Shown here: positions 23,985 through 37,440 of the stretch, one piece after another | Position numbering within the stretch: the first letter of the stretch is position 1 | Layout of the letters: each line of letters opens with the position of its first letter | From: Mobula hypostoma | Lineage: Eukaryota | Assembly (NCBI RefSeq): GCF_963921235.1 | Contig: NC_086108.1 | Span: 7,812,001-7,876,000 of the forward strand | DNA: 64,000 nucleotides | Reading direction: 5' to 3' | Program-made: the position numbers and the translations under genes | Notes under the pieces: model-generated | What the model was told of the DNA's origin: nothing | The model's input: the letters and a program-made list of their open reading frames with translations, nothing else | Database searches by the model: none

Positions 23985-26573
23985 TAATAAATGTATTTTG
24001 AATCTTTGAATCAAGTTCTTGGCCCCTGTCTCTCAGAGTTGCAGACATTAGGCCTCAGAGGTGTTAGGTCAATGCCTCAGCTCATCCCACAGAGCAATAG
24101 CTCACTGGTACTACACACTAGATTATTTATGCATAACAAGCTGCCTTAATGGAAGCTGCAATCAACATCTAGATTATTTGTACTGGGTATTGCAAAGGCA
24201 AATTGGTTTATTATTGTCACATTTACAATAAAAAAAAACTTTGTTTTGCAGGCCATCCATATAGATCAGTTCATCTCATCAGAGCATTGAGGTAGTACAA
24301 GGGCAAATAGCAATAGAATACTTACGCAAGTGTAACAGCTGTGGGGAAAGTGCAGTGCAAATAGACATTGGTGCAAAATCATAATGAGGTAGGTAAGAGT
24401 CCATCTTATACTAGGGAAATGTTCAATAGTTTTATAACAGTATCCTTGACCCTTGTGGTACATGCTTTCCAGGCTTTGATTGGAGAGGGGGAAAAATGAC
24501 AATGTCTGGGATGGGTGTGGTCTTTGATTATATTGGCTGTTTTCCCAAGGCAGTGAGAAGTGTAGACAAGATCCATAAGACCTTAAGACCTAGGACCATT
24601 ATTAGGCCATTCAGCCCATCTAGTCTGTGCAGGCAGTGCTGGTAGATACTAATCGGTCTCCCCATTTCTAGTAGGCAGTTGCTATGATCTTTTAAAAGAG
24701 GGAAGGGTCTTCTGTCAATCTTCCTTTGAGTTGCCAAATGGTTTTCTGTCTCGTTCAAAGCGCCTTGTTATAGCGGACGTGGTCATTCGGAGAAATTCTT
24801 CATTTATTCTGTAGCCTTCCAAGTAAATCCTTCCTTTAACTTGTAGACTCTGGATGAAACCACAAATTAACTGTCATTAGGGTGTATTCTGGAGTTATGC
24901 AATATTGCCAATATTAATCTCAACAGCAACAAGCCAACCTGGATTGTAGATTGAGTTTAAAGTGCAGCTCAGAACGGTGGTCTTCCTGGAGCTGCAGACC
25001 GGGGTCGATTGTAAACCATCCACCTGAGATGTCTGCAGATGCATCAATGCAGCCCAGAGACAATTGCCATTAATGGCAATTATTTTGGGAGTGTTGGTGT
25101 GAAGATCTAGGTGTTTGAAAATTATGTGCAACTGAAAGGAAGCATTATGAATGCAATGTAACTATTGTCCTATTGAAACCTTTGTTCTTTAACATATAAC
25201 ATATGATGTAATATTGGGTCAGGAGGCCTCTTCTTCCAAGAGTGTAACTGTATGATGCCTGCTTGTTGTGCAGAATAAAGACTTCTATAGCATCAACTTC
25301 AGTGTTCATGACCTTGATCATAGTCACAACATTTGGGGGCTCGTCCAGGATATGTTTGTGACCCATCGTGTGGCAAGCAAACTCACCAGTCTAAGTGGGT
25401 GAGTATTTTTAAGATTAGCACTCACACGTGGGTCCGTTCAAGTCAATGACCACGAGATCACGAAGTTTCGCCTACACAGCGGAGAGTGGAACTGGTAGAT
25501 ATAGAGGCAGTGTGGTGTGTGCGTGCATGTGTGTTTTTGTAAGAGACTAGACATTTTTGGATAATTTGGTGAGACAGGGTCATGGTGATCATGGTGATTA
25601 GGGATGTGCCAGTTGGTTGAAGGACAGAATGGGTGAAGGGATGTAGTTGTTCCTGAACCTGGTGGTGTGGGACATCAGGATTCTGTACCTTCTGCCCAAT
25701 GGAAGCTGTGAGATGATGGGGATCTTTGAAGATGAATATTGCCTTCTCAGGAAAACACAGTGAACAGAAGCAAGAGAGGGCCATTCAGCCTTTCATGTCT
25801 GTTCTACCTTTCACTGTAACCCATTCACGTCTGACCTCTTACTTCATTGCAACTTACCTGTAACAGTTCCGCTTTCCTACACTAATCCCAATTATATTCT
25901 CCAATCAAAGAGTGAGGGGAGATTTGATAGAGGTATACTAAATTATGCAGGGCATAGATAGGATAAATGCAAGCAGGTTTTTTCCACTGGGGCAGGTAAG
26001 ACTAGAACTACAGGTCATGGGTTTAGACTGAAATGTGAAATGGTGAGAAGGAACTTGAGGGGGACACCTCCTTTGGAAGAGATTTCTCTTCCCATTTAAC
26101 TACTGGGTGGCCAGTTTCTTATCTTAACTCTGTTTTTGACCCTATTGCTCTTGGGAAGATTATAGAGAGTTCTGTGTAGGTCACAGACAAATGTTCAACT
26201 CTGAAACAGTCAGCAGTTAAACAGCAGGATTAAGGTCATTCAGTTTCCTGGAATCTCCCAACTTTGAGGACACAGAGATTACCAATAGGGTTGAATCAAG
26301 AGGCTTGCTTTTCCTCAGGGTGGGTGAGTAACTGCCTTTTATCCCTAACATGGCCAGATATTTGTAATCAGCCACATACTGCTCACAATGAGAGGCTATC
26401 AAAGCTTCCAGCAGGATTTGGACCCACTTGTAAAATGGGTGGAGAAAAGGCAGGTGGAATTTAATACAGAGAGGTGGAAAGTGTTGCACTTTGGGAGGAC
26501 AAACTAGGGGAGGATGTACACAGTGAATGGTAGGGCACTGAGGAGTGCGGTAGAGCCGAGGGATCTGGGAATT

Positions 26574-26935
26574 GTCATCATCATTATGTGCCGTGTTGTA
26601 ATGACGTGGGCAATCATGGTGACCATGATTGTTCTTAGCTAATTTTTCTACATAAGTAGTCTGCAATTACGTTATTCTGGGCAGTGTCTTTACAAGACAG
26701 GTGACCCCAGCCATTATTAATACTCTTCAGGGATTGTCTGCATTGCATCAGTGGTCACATAACCAGGACTTGTGATCTGCACCGGCTGCTCATACGACCA
26801 TCCACCACCTGCTCCCATGACTTCACATGACCCTGATCGGGGGTGGGGCTAAGCACTTGCCCCAGGGTGACCTACAGCCTAGCGGAGGGAAGGAGCACCT
26901 TCCACCTCCTTTGGTAGTGATGTATCTCCACCTCA
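26574..26935 (-). mobile_element. Short non-autonomous retroelement with (GAT)n tail, probably RTE-related. Copies at ~28724-29117 and ~37448-37800
   Basis: Three similar ~360-390 bp copies. The first two are flanked by a (at)ctgggaat TSD inside CR1. Confidence 0.6.
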
Positions 26936-27319
26936 GCTGGGAATACAAATCCAGAGTTCCTTGAAAGTGGCATTATATGTAGATCGGGTCACACAAAGAG
27001 CTTTAGGCACATTGGCCATCATAAATCGAAGTACTGAGTACAGAAGATGGGATGTTATATTGAAGACATTAGTGAGGACTAATTTGGAGTATTGTGTGCA
27101 GTTCCAGTCACCTACCAACAGGAAAGTTATCGATAAGATGGAAAGAGCGCTGAGAAAACTTACAAGGGTGTTTCTGGGACTTGAGTTATAGAAAAGGGAT
27201 GAAAAGAGGGGAAGGCTTTATTCCCTGGAGTGAAGGAGAATGAGGAGAGGTTTTACAGAGCTATACAAAATTATAAGGGGCATAGGTAGGGTAAATGCAA
27301 GCAGGCTTTTTCCACTGAA

Positions 27320-27851
27320 CGCAAACAAGAGGAATTCTGCGGATGCTGGAAGTTCAAGCAACACACATCAAAGTTTCTGGTGAACGCAGCAGGCCAGGCA
27401 GCATCTCTAGGAAGAGGTGCAGTCGATGTTTCAGGCCGAGACCCTTCGTCAGGACTAACTGAAGGAAGAGTTAGTAAGAGATTTGAAAGTGGGAGGGGGA
27501 GGGGGAGATCCAAAATGATAGGAGAAGACAGGAGGGGGAGGGATGGAGCCAAGAGCTGGATAGGTGATTGTCAAAGGGGATATGAGGGGATCATGGGACA
27601 GGGAGAAGGAAAAGGGGGAGGGGGGAAACCCAGAGGATAGGCAAGGGGTATAGTCAGAGGGACAGAGGGAGAAAAAGGAGAGAAAGAGAAAGAATGTGTT
27701 TATATAAATAAATAACAGGTGGGGTACGAGGGGGAGGTGGGGCATTAGCGGAAGTTAGAGAAGTCAATGTTCATGCCATCAGGTTGGAGGCTACCCAGAC
27801 GGAATACAAGGTGTTGTTCCTCCAACCTGAGTGACAGAATATAAGGTGTTG
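27320..27851 (-). mobile_element. Penelope-like element 3' fragment with hammerhead motif
   Basis: Minus translation EEQHLVFRLGSLQPDGMNIDFSNFR*; flanking direct repeat ttccactgaa (27310-27319 / 27852-27861); HHR core at 27420-27457. Confidence 0.7.
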
Positions 27852-29804
27852 TTCCACTGAAGTTGAGTGAGTCTAGAACTATAGGTCATAGGTTAAGGGA
27901 GAAAGGTGTAATATTTAAGGGAAACATGAGCGGGGAATGTCTTTATTCAGTTGGTGGTAAGAGTGTGGAATGCGCTGCTGGTAAAAGTGGTGAATGTTGG
28001 TTTGATTTTAACATTTTGGAGAAATTTGGATAAGCACGTGAGTGCAAAAGTTGAGGTGTATGTCAAAGGGATTAGGCAGAATAACAGTCTGGCAGAAACT
28101 AGATGGGCTGAATGGCCTGCTCCTCTGCTGTCGTGCCCTATACTCTCATTTCCCCAAATTTCCTTAAAATTTTAAAAAAAGGCATTCACGTGGGGTTGTC
28201 TAGGACGGAGTCCCCATGATCCTCTTTGGGCGGACAGTTATAAAGACTCACCACTCCCTGTGGAGGGATTTTTCCTCCCATTTATCTACTAGATGGCCAG
28301 TTCCTTATTTTGACAATGTTTCTGACCCCATTACCCTGGGGAAGATCATGGAGAGTTCTGCATGGAATGTGGGCAAATATTCAACTCTGAAACAGTCAGT
28401 GGTTAAACAGTAGGATCGAGAACATTCAGCTTCCTGGAACACAGCAGTTACTAATAGGGTCAAAATGAAAGGCTTGCTTTTCCACAGGGAGGGTGAGTAA
28501 CACGCCCAGTTTTAGTAATCAGCCACATACTGCTCACGGTGAGAGGCTACCAAAGCTTCCAGCAGGATTTGGACCCACTTGTAAAATGGGTGGAGAAAAG
28601 GCAGGTGGAATTTAATACAGAGAGGTGGAAAGTGTTGCACTTTGGGAGGACAAACTAGGGGAGGATGTACACAGTGAATGGTAGGGCACTGAGGAGTGCG
28701 GTAGAGCCGAGGGATCTGGGAATTGTCATCATCATTATGTGCCCTGTTGTAATGACATGGGCAATCATGGTGACCACAGTCGTTCTTGGCAAATTTTTTC
28801 CACAGAAGTGTTTTGCCAACGCCTTCTTCTGGGCAGTGTCTTTGCAAGTCAGGTGACCCCAGCCATGATCAATTTCAGAGACTGCCCGGCATCAGTGGTT
28901 GCATAACCCAGAGCTTATGATATGTACCGGCTGCTCATACGACCATCCACCACCTGCTCCCGTGGCTTCACGTGACCTTGATCGGTGGGGGGGGGTTGGT
29001 GGTGGTGTGAGATGTGAGGGGCTAAGCAGGTGCTACACCTTGCCTAACGGTAACCTGCAGCCTAGCGGAGGGAAGGAGCAACTTCCACCTCCTTTGGTAG
29101 TGATGTATCTCCACCTCATCTGGGAATACAAATCCAGAATTCCTTGAAAGTGGCATTAGTAGATCGGGTCACACAAAGAGCTTTAGACACATAGGCCTTC
29201 ATAAATCATAGTATTAAGTACAGGACCATGCTAGCAATTGGAAGTGGTGGAGCAGTTTTGATAGCAATATTTAAGAGAAATTACGATAGTTCCATAGATG
29301 GGAGGGATGTGGAGGGCTGTTGCCTGGGTGTGGAGCAACAGGGTTAGACAGAATAAAAGGTTGGCAAGGCCTATACAGGCTGAAGGCCTTTTCTGTGCCG
29401 TAAGTACTCAGACTCTTTGAAGAGGCCGCATATAGTGCATCTAGGAATTTGGGAATTGTGTTGGGGGCTGAATGGTTAAGTGTTAAGTGTTTTTTTTTCT
29501 CCTGATTTTTAGAAGCAGGAGAGCAAAGACGTGTTCCACAAAGTGAACAGATTGTACTGACACAATTCCATAATAAACACAAATACTACTCCCCCATGTA
29601 AAATATTGCATGATCATCTAACCTTAGTCAGCGTCCATATGCAGAGTCCCGTGTCCTTTCCAGAATGTTCCTTCTCCTTACTGAAGACCAGGGACATCCC
29701 CCAGAAAGCCTGTGGTCTCGCTGTAATCCGTCCACAGAAGGTAGCCTCCATTTCCACATCCATGGGGAGTCCAGGAGATAACGAGGCACTTTTCGAGCTG
29801 ATGG

Positions 29805-29930
29805 TCAAAGCTGTAATCTGGAACAACTAAACCGGTTGAGGTACTGCAGAAGGCGCCTTAGGTTACCGAGAAAAATTTCAGCTGACTTCTCGTCGTAGAT
29901 CTCACAACGTTGGCAGCCGGTCGATGCATT
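29805..29930 (-). CDS. IL15L: IL-15-like cytokine, last coding exon (helix D), peptide NASTGCQRCEIYDEKSAEIFLGNLRRLLQYLNRFSCSRLQL*
   Basis: Minus strand reads ctttctgcctctgccttctctgcag|AATGCA..., with TGA at 29805-29807. Carries the C-x-x-CE...FL-x-x-L-x-x-LLQ motif of the IL-2/15/21 family plus a C-terminal Cys as in IL-15L. Confidence 0.88.
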   Translation of the reverse strand, partial: NASTGCQRCEIYDEKSAEIFLGNLRRLLQYLNRFSCSRLQL

Positions 29931-29956
29931 CTGCAGAGAAGGCAGAGGCAGAAAGT

Positions 29957-32900
29957 GTTTACAGTGACAGATTCCTCCACTGGTTTACAGTGACAAAACC
30001 CCTCACTAGTTTACAGTGACAAAATCCCAAACTGGTTTACAGTGACAAAATCCCAAACTGGTTTACAGTGACAAAATCCCCCACTAGTTTACAGTGACAA
30101 AAACCCCTCACTGGTTTACAGTGACTGAATCCTCCACTGGTTTACAGTGACAAAACCCCTCACTAGTTTACAGTGACAAAATCCCAAACTGGTTTACAGT
30201 GACAAAACCCCTCACTAGTTTACAGTGACAAAATCCCAAACTGGTTTACAGTGACAAAACCCCTCACTAGTTTACAGTGACAAAATCCCAAACTGGTTTA
30301 CAGTGACAAAACCCCTCACTAGTTTACAGTGACAAAATCCCAAACTGGTTTACAGTGACAAAACCCCTCACTAGTTTACAGTGACAAAATCCCAAACTGG
30401 TTTACAGTGACAAAACCCCTCACTGGTTTACAGTGACAAAATCCCAAACTGGTTTACAGTGACAAAACCCCTCACTAGTTTACAGTGACAAAATCCCAAA
30501 CTGGTTTACAGTGACAAAACCCCTCACTGGTTTACAGTGACAAAATCCCAAACTGGTTTACAGTGACAAAACCCCTCACTAGTTTACAGTGACAAAACCA
30601 CAAACTGGTTTACAGTGACAAAACCCCTCACTAGTTTACAGTGACAAAATCCCAAACTGGTTTACAGTGACAAAACCCCTCACTAGTTTACAGTGACAAA
30701 ATCCCCCATGGTTTACAGTGACAAAATCCCCCACTAGTTTACAGTGACAAAACCCCTCACTAGTTTACAGTGACAAAATCCCAAACTGGTTTACAGTGAC
30801 AAAATCCCCCACTGGTTTACAGTGACAAAACCCCTCACTAGTTTACAGTGACAAAATCCCAAACTGGTTTACAGTGACAAAACCCCTCACTAGTTTACAG
30901 TGACAAAATCCCAAACTGGTTTACAGTGACAAAACCCCTCACTGGTTTACAGTGACAAAATCCCAAACTGGTTTACAGTGACAAAACCCCTCACTAGTTT
31001 ACAGTGACAAAATCCCAAACTGGTTTACAGTGACAAAACCCCTCACTGGTTTACAGTGACAAAATCCCAAACTGGTTTACAGTGACAAAACCCCTCACTA
31101 GTTTACAGTGACAAAACCCCAAACTGGTTTACAGTGACAAAACCCCTCACTAGTTTACAGTGACAAAATCCCAAACTGGTTTACAGTGACAAAACCCCTC
31201 ACTAGTTTACAGTGACAAAATCCCCCATGGTTTACAGTGACAAAATCCCCCACTAGTTTACAGTGACAAAACCCCTCACTAGTTTACAGTGACAAAATCC
31301 CAAACTGGTTTACAGTGACAAAATCCCCCACTGGTTTACAGTGACAAAACCCCTCACTAGTTTACAGTGACAAAATCCCAAACTGGTTTACAGTGACAAA
31401 ATCCCTCACTGGTTTACAGTGACAAAATCCCCCATGGTTTACAGTGACAAAAATCCCTCACTGGTTTACAGTGACAAAACCTCTCACTGGTTTACAGTGA
31501 CAAAACCCCTCACCAGTTTACAGTGACAAAATCCCTCACTGGTTTACAGTGACAAAAATCCCCCATGGTTTACAGTGACAAAAATCCCTCACTGGTTTAC
31601 AGTGACTGAATCCTCCACTGGTTTACAGTGACAAAACCCCTCACTAGTTTACAGTGACAAAATCCCAAACTGGTTTACAGTGACAAAACCCCTCACTAGT
31701 TTACAGTGACAAAATCCCAAACTGGTTTACAGTGACAAAACCCCTCACTAGTTTACAGTGACAAAATCCCAAACTGGTTTACAGTGACAAAACCCCTCAC
31801 TAGTTTACAGTGACAAAATCCCAAACTGGTTTACAGTGACAAAACCCCTCACTAGTTTACAGTGACAAAATCCCAAACTGGTTTACAGTGACAAAACCCC
31901 TCACTAGTTTACAGTGACAAAATCCCAAACTGGTTTACAGTGACAAAACCCCTCACTGGTTTACCGTGACAAAATCCCAAACTGGTTTACAGTGACAAAA
32001 CCCCTCACTAGTTTACAGTGACAAAACCCCTCACTGGTTTACAGTGACAAAACCCCAAACTGGTTTACAGTGACAAAACCCCTCACTGGTTTACAGTGAC
32101 AAAACCCCAAACTGGTTTACAGTGACAAAATCCCAAACTGGTTTACAGTGACAAAACCCCTCACTAGTTTACAGTGACAAAATCCCCCATGGTTTACAGT
32201 GACAAAACCCCTCACTAGTTTACAGTGACAAAACCCCTCACTGGTTTACAGTGACAAAACCCCAAACTGGTTTACAGTGACAAAACCCCTCACTAGTTTA
32301 CAGTGACAAAATCCCAAACTGGTTTACAGTGACAAAACCCCTCACTAGTTTACAGTGACAAAATCCCAAACTGGTTTACAGTGACAAAACCCCTCACTAG
32401 TTTACAGTGACAAAATCCTCCATGGTTTACAGTGACAAAATCCCCCACTAGTTTACAGTGACAAAACCCCTCACTAGTTTACAGTGACAAAATCCCAAAC
32501 TGGTTTACAGTGACAAAACCCCTCACTAGTTTACAGTGAAAAATCCCAAACTGGTTTACAGTGACAAAATCCCTCACTGGTTTACAGTGACAAAATCCCC
32601 CATGGTTTACAGTGACAAAAATCCCTCACTGGTTTACAGTGACAAAACCTCTCACTGGTTTACAGTGACAAAACCCCTCACCAGTTTACAGTGACAAAAT
32701 CCCTCACTGGTTTACAGTGACAAAAATCCCCCATGGTTTACAGTGACAAAAATCCCTCACTGGTTTACAGTGACAAAATCCCAAACTGGTTTACAGTGAC
32801 AAAACCCCTCACTAGTTTACAGTGACAAAATCCCAAACTGGTTTACAGTGACAAAATCCCAAACTGGTTTACAGTGACAAAACCCCTCACCAGTTTACAG

Positions 32901-34870
32901 TGACAAAATCCCTCACTGGTTTACAGTGACAAAAATCCCCCATGGTTTACAGTGACAAAAATCCCTCACTGGTTTACAGTGACAAAACCCCTCACTAGTT
33001 TACAGTGACAAAATCCCCCACTGGTTTACAGTGACAAAATCCCCCACTGGTTTACAGTGACAAAAATCCCCCATGGTTTACAGTGACAAAAATCCCTCAC
33101 TGGTTTACAGTGGAAAAACCGCTCACTGGTTTACAGTGACAAAAATTCCTCACTGATTCGCAGTGACAAACATCCCCACTGGTTCACAGTGACAAAATAC
33201 CACACTGGTTTACAGTGATAAATGCCCCACCAGTCTACAGTGACTAACAGCCCCACTGGTTTATAGCAGCTAACACTCCCACTGGTGTACAGTGACTAAC
33301 ACTCCCACTGGTTTATAGCAATTAACACTCCCACTGGTTTACAGTGATGGACACCCCCACTGGTTTACAGTGACTAACACTCCCACTGGTTTACAGTGAC
33401 TAACACCCCACTGGTTTACAGCGACTGACACCCCCACTGGTGTACAGTGACTAACACTCCCACTGGTTTACAGTGACTAACACTCCCACTGGTTTATAGC
33501 AACTAACACTCCCACTGGTTTACAGTGACTAACAGACCCACCGGTTTACAGTGATGAATGTCCCCACTGGTTTATGGTGACTGACAACCCCACTAGTTTA
33601 CAGTGACTAACACCCCCACTGGTTTACAATGTCCAACACCCCCACTGGTTTAGCAACTAACACCCCCACTGGTTCACAGCGACTATCACCCCCACTGGTT
33701 TACAGTGACTGACATCACCACTGGTTTACAGTGACTAACACCCCCACTGGTTTACGGTGACTAACACCCCCACTGGTTTACAGCAACTGACACCCCCACT
33801 GGTTCACAGCGACGATCACCTCCACTGGTTTACAGTGACCGCCACCCCCACTGGTTTACAGTGACCAAAAAATCACATTGTTTTACTGTGATTGACACCC
33901 CCACTGGTTTACAGCAACTGTCAACCCCACTGGTTTATAGTGACTGACACCCCCACTGGTTTACAGCGACTGACACCCCCACTGGTGTACAGTGACTAAC
34001 ACTCCCACTGCTTTATAGCAACTATCACCCCCACTGGTTTACAGTGACTGTCACCCCCACTGGTTTACAGTGACTAACACCCCCACTGGTTTACAGTGAC
34101 TGACATCACCACTGGTTTACAGTGACTAACACCCCCACTGGTTTACGGTGACTAACACCCCCACTGGTTTACAGCAACTGACACCCCCACTGGTTCACAG
34201 CGACTATCACCTCCACTGGTTTACAGTGACCGCCACCCCCACTGGTTTACAGTGACAAAAAAATCACATTGTTTTACTGTGATTGACACCCCCACTGGTT
34301 TACAGCAACTGTCAACCCCACTGGTTTATAGTGACTGACACCCCCACTGGTTTACAGCGACTGACACCCCCACTGGTGTACAGTGACTAACACTCCCACT
34401 GGTTTACAGTGACTAACAGACCCACCGGTTTACAGTGATGAATGTCCCCACTGGTTTACGGTGACTGACAACCCCACTAGTTTACAGTGACTAACACCCC
34501 CACTGGTTTACAATGTCCAACACCCCCACTGGTTTAGCAACTAACACCCCCACTGGTTTACAGCAACTGACACCCCCACTGGTTCACAGCGACTATCACC
34601 CCCACTGGTTTACAGTGACTGTCACCCCCACTGGTTTACAGTGACTAACACCCCCACTGGTTTACAGTGACTGACATCACCACTGGTTTACAGCGACGGT
34701 CAACCCCACTGGTTTACAGTAACCATCACCGCCACTGGTTTACAGTGTCCGTCACCCCCACTGGTTTACAGTGACAAAAAATCACACTGTTTTACCGTGA
34801 TTGACACCCCCACTGGTTCACAGTGACTGACACCCCCAATGGTTTACAGTGACTAACTCCCTCACTAGTT
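29957..34870. repeat. 26-bp minisatellite (~190 units), consensus CT(G/A)GTTTACAGTGACAAAA(C/T)CCC(TC/AA)A, in the last IL15L intron
   Basis: Direct tandem periodicity of 26 bp. Homogeneous 52-bp dimer to ~33100, then diverged ...GACTAACACCCCCA units. Confidence 0.97.
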
Positions 34871-34944
34871 TACTCTATCTTATGATGGTTAACATCTCCA
34901 TGAGTTTACACTCATTTTTGCTAGCTTTCAATGGTTAACAATCC

Positions 34945-35200
34945 CGGGCATAGTAGCATAGTGGTTAGCACAGCGCTTTACGATACCAATGACACAGCTT
35001 CAATTCTCCCCATGATGCATGATTTTTCTCCAATTTCCTCCCACAGTCCAAAGATGTACCGGTTAGTAGGTTAATCGGTCATTGTAAATAGTCCTGTGAT
35101 TAGACCAGGGTTAAATCGGGGGTTTGCTGGGTGGCATGGCTTGAAGGACTGAATAGCCCAGTTATGTGCTGTATCTCAATAAACAAACAAATAAATAAAT
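34945..35200 (+). mobile_element. tRNA-derived SINE. Related copies at ~48556-48826 and ~50694-50950
   Basis: tRNA-like head (tagtggttagc...ttcaattc), shared body gtaggttaatcggtcattgtaaa, and aataaac/aaat tail. Confidence 0.65.
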
Positions 35201-35439
35201 AATTGCACCAGATAATGCTCATTCACACTTGTTTACAATGGTTAACACTCTTGCTAGTTTACACAAGAGATTCTGCAGGTGCTGGAAATACTGGAAGAAC
35301 TCAGCAGGTCAGGCAAAGGTATGAGGGGAGTAAGTAGTCAACTTTTCGGGCCGAGACCCTTCATCAGGACTAGTTTACACTAGATAACAATGGTTACCAT
35401 GTCCATGAATTCACACTTCTTTACAATGATTAATATCTT

Positions 35440-36115
35440 CAGTACATCCATCCCAGTGAGCGAGGCCTTGGCGTTGGAGGTGTCTGATTGCTTTCTCGGG
35501 TAGTGCTCTTTGTAGATGTGCACAATGGCAGGGAAGGCTTTCTTTGTCATGACATTTGCTGTATCCGTCACCTGTTGTTGATTTTTCCACTACTTAGGAG
35601 GATTTTCCATTCAAGGGCATTGGTGTTTCCATACCAGGCCATGATGCAGCCAGCCAATGCACTCTCCACTGCACATCTGTAGAAATTTGTCAAAGTTTTA
35701 GACGACATGATGAAACTGCGTAAACTTCTAAGAAGGTAGAGGCACTGTCACGCCTCCTTTGTGATGGCACTTGTGTGCTGGTCCCAGGACAGATCCTCAA
35801 GTACGATAACGCCAAGGAATTTAAAGTTACTGACCCTCTCCTCCCCCAGTCCCATAGCAAACACTTCCTCTTGTAGGAAACAAGCAGCTCCTTGCTTTTC
35901 TGATGTTGAGTGAGAGGAGGTTATTGTGGCACATTTCAGCCAGCTTTTCAATCTCTCCCTCCTACATGCCAATTCATCACCACCCTTGTTTTGGACAATG
36001 ACAGTGCAGTTGTCAGCAAACTTAAATATGGCACCAGAGCTGTACTTAAGCCTCACAGTCATGAGTGTAAAGTGAGGAGAGCAGCCATATGGTGCACCTG
36101 TACTGATCGAAATTG
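35440..36115 (-). mobile_element. Rex1/Babar-type LINE RT fragment
   Basis: Minus translation STGAP...IFKFAD...ERVSNFKFLGV..EDLSWDQH, degenerate. Confidence 0.7.
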
Positions 36116-37069
36116 TGGATTGAAGCTTCAAAGGTTCAGAGAACATTTATTATCAAAGTATAATAACCTAACCCTAACCCTGAGATTTGTCTTCCTGCAG
36201 ACAGCCACAAAACAAAGAAACACCGTGCAAACTTCTCCACGAAAAACATCGAACCCCCAATGCACAAAGAAAGAACCAATCATGCACGTGGCAAAAAGAG
36301 AACAAAAGACACAGAATATAAAAGGTCAAACCACAGAGTCTTTGAAACAGTCATGGAATGTTCAGTTTCAGCTCAGTTCAGTTCAATCTAGCTCTGTATT
36401 GTTCATTGATTGTAAGCCGCAGAGTCAGTCTGCTTTGGTCAAAATTGCCCAAAATAGCTATCAAAAAAGGAGCGACCAGAAACCAAAAACACATCATAAC
36501 GTGAACTACAGCGTCACATCCACAAATCGCGTCGATTAAACCTTGCCCAAGACCTAAGACTTTGGCACCACCACCTGGCAGCATTGAACAAGAGGGAGAG
36601 GAAGAGAGACCGGTCGAATGCAGACACCTTCCTCTGGCAGCAGTAAGCAGGAATTGTTGCCTACCCGTGAAGAGTTTGTCACACAGGAAATGTGCAAATT
36701 GCACACAGTGAGTACCCACCACCAGCATCGAACCCTGGTCTGTGAGGCAGGGGTCAAAGAGCATAAAACGGTCCAGCACCGGGGCAGGCCCTCCAGCTCA
36801 CAGTGTGCTGAACACAGTGCCGAATTAAACTACATCTCTTCCATATCCCTCTTGCGGTTCTATGCAGCAGTGGGTTCCTGCTCTCCGATCCTGCCGAGCA
36901 TTTTTCAATGTCTTCAGGAGCGGCCTGGAAGATGTATGCCTTTGGAGTGGGACCCTGCAGCCCGTTCGGGGTTTATCTTTTGTTCTGTGGATGTCTGTGA
37001 AGAATAAGGATTTCAGGTTGTATACTTTATACACTCTCTGATATGAAATGGAACCATTGAACCATTCAC

Positions 37070-37440
37070 TGCATGTCACTGTCAAGCAGCCTCTTAAACA
37101 CATCGATTGTATTTGCTTCCACAACCTCCTGTGGCAGCCCATTCCAGACAAGCACCAAACTCTGTGTAGATGAAACGTGCCATGTACATCTCCTTTAAAT
37201 CTAACCCCTCTCACCTTAAACGCAAGTCCTCTACTGTTTGATATCTGGATCTTGGGAAAAAGACTCTGGTACTTTATACAACCTTCACCTCTCATAATTC
37301 TATGAACTTCTATCAGGTCTCCGCTCAGTCTTGAACACTAGAGAAAAGAACTCAAGTTTGTCCAATCCCTCCTTATAGCTCACACTCTCCAGTCCAGGCA
37401 GCATCCTGGTGAGCCTCTTCTGCACCCTCTCAAAAGCCTC
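37070..37440 (-). mobile_element. CR1 LINE 3' fragment
   Basis: SRGLAFKVRGVRFKGDVHG-type CR1 C-terminus on the minus strand. Confidence 0.65.

Larger units (their letters stand above)
26385..28140 (+). mobile_element. Degenerate CR1 LINE 3' portion interrupted by two younger insertions
   Basis: CR1 RT C-terminal motifs in pieces: VLHFGRTN, YTVNGRALRSAVE, LVRTNLEYCVQF, VVRVWNAL. Confidence 0.75.

Noticed and set aside
29606..29830. ORFs 29606-29830(+) and 29614-29826(-)
   Set aside because: They overlap the cytokine stop codon and 3' UTR in another frame or strand and show no recognisable homology.
29957..33200. Resemblance of TACAGTG-ACAAAACCC to the V(D)J RSS heptamer/nonamer
   Set aside because: The heptamer nearly always lacks the essential CAC, spacing is 0 or 26 rather than 12/23, and no V/J segments are seen.
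29957..34870. CRISPR-like appearance of the array
   Set aside because: No unique spacers, no cas genes, vertebrate context. It is a tandem minisatellite.
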